From NCBI RefSeq assembly GCF_001194135.2, contig NC_068981.1, positions 3,156,672 to 3,220,671 on the forward strand: a DNA stretch of 64,000 bases, given 5' to 3'. This DNA comes from Octopus bimaculoides (Eukaryota). Shown here piece after piece: positions 60,830 through 64,000 of the stretch. Under the pieces are notes generated by a model. That model saw nothing but the letters and a program-made list of their open reading frames with translations. It was not told the origin of the DNA and did not search any database. The translations under genes and the position numbers were made by a program. Position 1 is the stretch's first letter. Every line of letters starts with the position of its first letter.

Positions 60830-63175
60830 ATTACTATCCACCATTCTCTCTCAACTCAATGGAAATTGTTTCCGAGTTAACCCATTGAAGTTAAGGCAAG
60901 CTTTTGTATCACTATAAAGTTGCTTAAACAAGTTAACAAATTGAGGTGGACATCCAAGTTTACCAAGACTGGTCCAGAGAACGGTCCTATTAACAGTGTC
61001 GAAGGCTTCTGTTAAATTGACAAATACCTGATAAAGAGCCATGCGATGTTTGATGCATTTCTCCTGAAGTTGATGAGTAGGAAAAATCATGTCCATTGTG
61101 CCATGACTTGATTTAAAACAACTCTGACTCTCTGGGATGACAGAGGGGCATATCCACATTATTAGCCGATTAAGTAAAAGTTTTGCAAAAACCTTACTAT
61201 TTCAAGCAGGCTTATACCTCTGTAATTTCCACACTCAGATTTGGATCCTTTTCCTTTGAACAATGAAATTAAAATGGCATCAACTTAGTCCTGGGGGACA
61301 GGAGCACCCAACCAGATGTCTGATATTAGATGGTGGATCTCTATAGCAAGCCTATTACCCCCGTGGAGGAGAGTTTCAACAAGAATACCCTCAAGACCTG
61401 GTGCCTTCCCAGTATTTAATTCTTTGTTTGTCTTTTTGCTCTAATCTATAGTTGGATGTTCCATCATTTCATGGATGATAACCTTTTGGAGCAGATTACT
61501 GATGACATCTTCATCAATAATTGAAGGATTATAAAAGAGATCAGTGAAGTGCTCAGTCCAACGTTTCATGATACCCTCATGATCCTTGAAGAGAAAGCCG
61601 CTGTCTTTAGGCTTGTGGGTACCACAAATGAAGACTGAGGACCCAACACTTGTCCGATCAAGTGATATACTGTTTTCAGGTCTTTACTGTTATACGCTTT
61701 CTGGATTTTTTCAGAAATATCCGACCACCATTTGTTTTACATTTGTCATATCTTTCTTTAGAGTGATGATTTTTTCCTTTTGAGAGACTGCAGTAAGGGC
61801 TTTTTATCCTCATCTGGGGCACCGAGGTATTTTTGATGCAACTTATCTTTAACTCTAAGAAATTTATTGATCTGTAGATTGTTTTCATCAAATCAATCCC
61901 GATGTTTTCTGTTTCTGAGACCAAGAGCCTCAACTCCAACATGGTAAATAGTGGTCTTAAACTGAGCCAAAGTTCCATCAAATTCCGCCTCTCCAATAGC
62001 ATTTCTAAGATTCACCTGCACCTTAGAGTCCCTTAATTTCAACACATCAATACGTTTAGGGATTTTTATTCCTCCAAATCTTATTCTATGCATGATATGG
62101 AGTTTCAATTTACCGTATATGAGCATATGGTCAGTCTCACATTCTGCACCACATGACTCAGACAGTGCAAACATCTGGAAGGGCTTGTTTCCTGGTGATG
62201 AGGTAATCAAGAATATGCTCATGTTTGGATCTTGGGTGTGTCCAGGTAGCTTTATGGATATCCTTCTGATGAAAAACAGTGTTGCAGATGATGAGATCAA
62301 GTTCAGTGCAGACCTGAAGAAGATGGAGACCATTAGCGTTCATTTTACCCAAACCATGCCTCATAATTGCATCCAACATGGGCATTGAAATTACCAAGAA
62401 GGAGGATCTTACCTGCATTTAGAATTGAAATCTAACCAATCTGAGATCCTCATAGAAAGCCATAATAGATTCACTGCTGCTATCAAGAGTAGGGGCATAA
62501 ACAGAAATAAGTCATAAAACGATTGCATGGTAGAGAAGCTTGAAGATACATAATCCTATCACTGAAACCATTAGGTTCTATTTTATGGGTTAACTCAGTA
62601 TGAATGGCAAAGCCAACATCCCCTACTCGTTTTTTGAACCTTTGGTTTACCCTTCCAAAAGAAAATGTATCCAGCACCTGTTTCTGTCAATTCATCTTCA
62701 TCACTCAACCGAATTTCTGAGAGTGCAGCAATGTCAATGTTCTACCAAGCCAACTCCTTGGCTATCATGCCAGTTTGCTGTTCTGGGTTACTTGACGCTT
62801 CATGATCAAGAAGTGTCCTGACATTCCATACACCTACCCATGATCCATATTTCTTGCTTGCATGTTTTCTCTTTGTATTCCTCCTGCTCTAGTGAACAGC
62901 CGTCAGCTGCAGGTTGCTGGCCAGCTTGATGGTAGAACAGGCATTTGTTTCGGTCACCTTTTCTAGACCTTTCCCAGATTTCTGGGTGAGCAGTGATACC
63001 CTAGAGAGGGCTGCTCAGATGCTCTTGACCTTGCCGAAGCATGCTGCTGTTCTTTCAACAATGCAGTGATGTTAGATAGGCCCTGAGCCACCCATGCGCA
63101 GATTCGTGACTATGTGCTCCCAGCCTGTTAAGCCTGCACATGTCGCTACTATTCCATGGCCATGGGACTTGAAGA
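60830..63175 (-). mobile_element. RTE/BovB-like LINE pseudogene: 5' region, APE endonuclease, first RT domains
   Basis: VGFAI, GKMNANGLHLLQVC, ATWTHPRSKHEHILDYLITRK, CETDH (APE), and GTMDMIF...VFVNLTEAFDTVNR...LGCP (RT). Many stops and frameshifts. Confidence 0.9.
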
Positions 63176-64000
63176 GATATTTATATATTTAAATATCAAT
63201 GCCACATACTTGTATGACACATATAGCACCCACTCCTCCCCCAAAATCTGATATCCAGTGACAAACCAAGGCAAGATGACTGGGGGATTATGGAGGTCGC
63301 ATGTTTTATTATCCCAGAGTTTAACCTCTCCAGTGGTTTTATATTAGAATGTCCTCCTCCCAGCCTTTGCGCAACTAAAGGCTAACTGCAAGACAGCGTG
63401 AAGGATTTGAATTTGGAGTTACCTTCTAGACAGATTGCCTTCCCCATGGCTTTATTAAACCTAGGAGCTCCATCTATCCCTTTAACTACATCCACAAATA
63501 CACACAAATCAAATAAAAGAAGTAAAAATACAAATATATATATATAAAATAAAAAAGACATGTACACGCAATATACATGCATATATTCAAGAATTAAAAA
63601 TGTAAATATATATATATACACACACACACACATGCCCAACACTTACCCACAGTTCACCACACCAAACATGCACCTGGCACACACATCCACAATTCAGCCA
63701 ACTATATACATATGCATATAGTTGTACATATGTACATTGGATGGCTGTTGACTCTTAAGAGTTCTTCTGCCCTTTTACAGGTCTTGTTTTTAGCTCTGCA
63801 GGGTATCCCATACACACCTTCCTCATCAAGTACAATTGGTGGAGGGGGGGGCGGTTTAGTCACTCATTACCTTACCATGTGACAAGTAGTACTGGGTTAC
63901 ATAGTACCAGTAACATAAACAACCTGGCATACATATATATATATATGTATATATTCATCATCAACCTCTTCATTTAACACCTGTTTTCCATGCTGTCATG

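Overview
AT-rich eukaryotic genomic DNA with three N-gaps. Its microsatellites and SINE/LINE families look like those of an octopod cephalopod, probably an Octopus assembly; this is inferred from repeat style, not a database match. (1) One complete five-exon + strand gene was spliced by hand: join(13352..13489,15448..15475,26886..27098,32755..32870,33864..34019), 651 nt, 216 aa, all GT-AG and phase-compatible. It encodes two tandem copies of a domain resembling muconolactone delta-isomerase (CatC/MIase, dimeric alpha+beta barrel). (2) A second, less certain + strand gene of unknown function has candidate exons at 46138, 52957 and 57618. (3) Minimal type-I hammerhead ribozyme motifs occur in three unrelated repeats: a tRNA-headed SINE with an inverted tail at 6.9-7.4 kb, a variant at 4.95 kb, and a 300-bp tandem/inverted retrozyme- or Penelope-like cluster at 58.0-58.8 kb. 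(4) A fold-back inverted duplication lies at 36.7-37.8 kb and old direct and inverted duplications at 39.4-45.1 kb. The remainder is decayed mobile DNA: RTE, CR1, R4/Dong and L1/Tx1 LINEs, tRNA-SINEs, mariner, piggyBac and hAT MITEs, and a Helitron end. No rRNA, functional tRNA or CRISPR features were found. Most repeat boundaries are approximate (about +/-20 bp).
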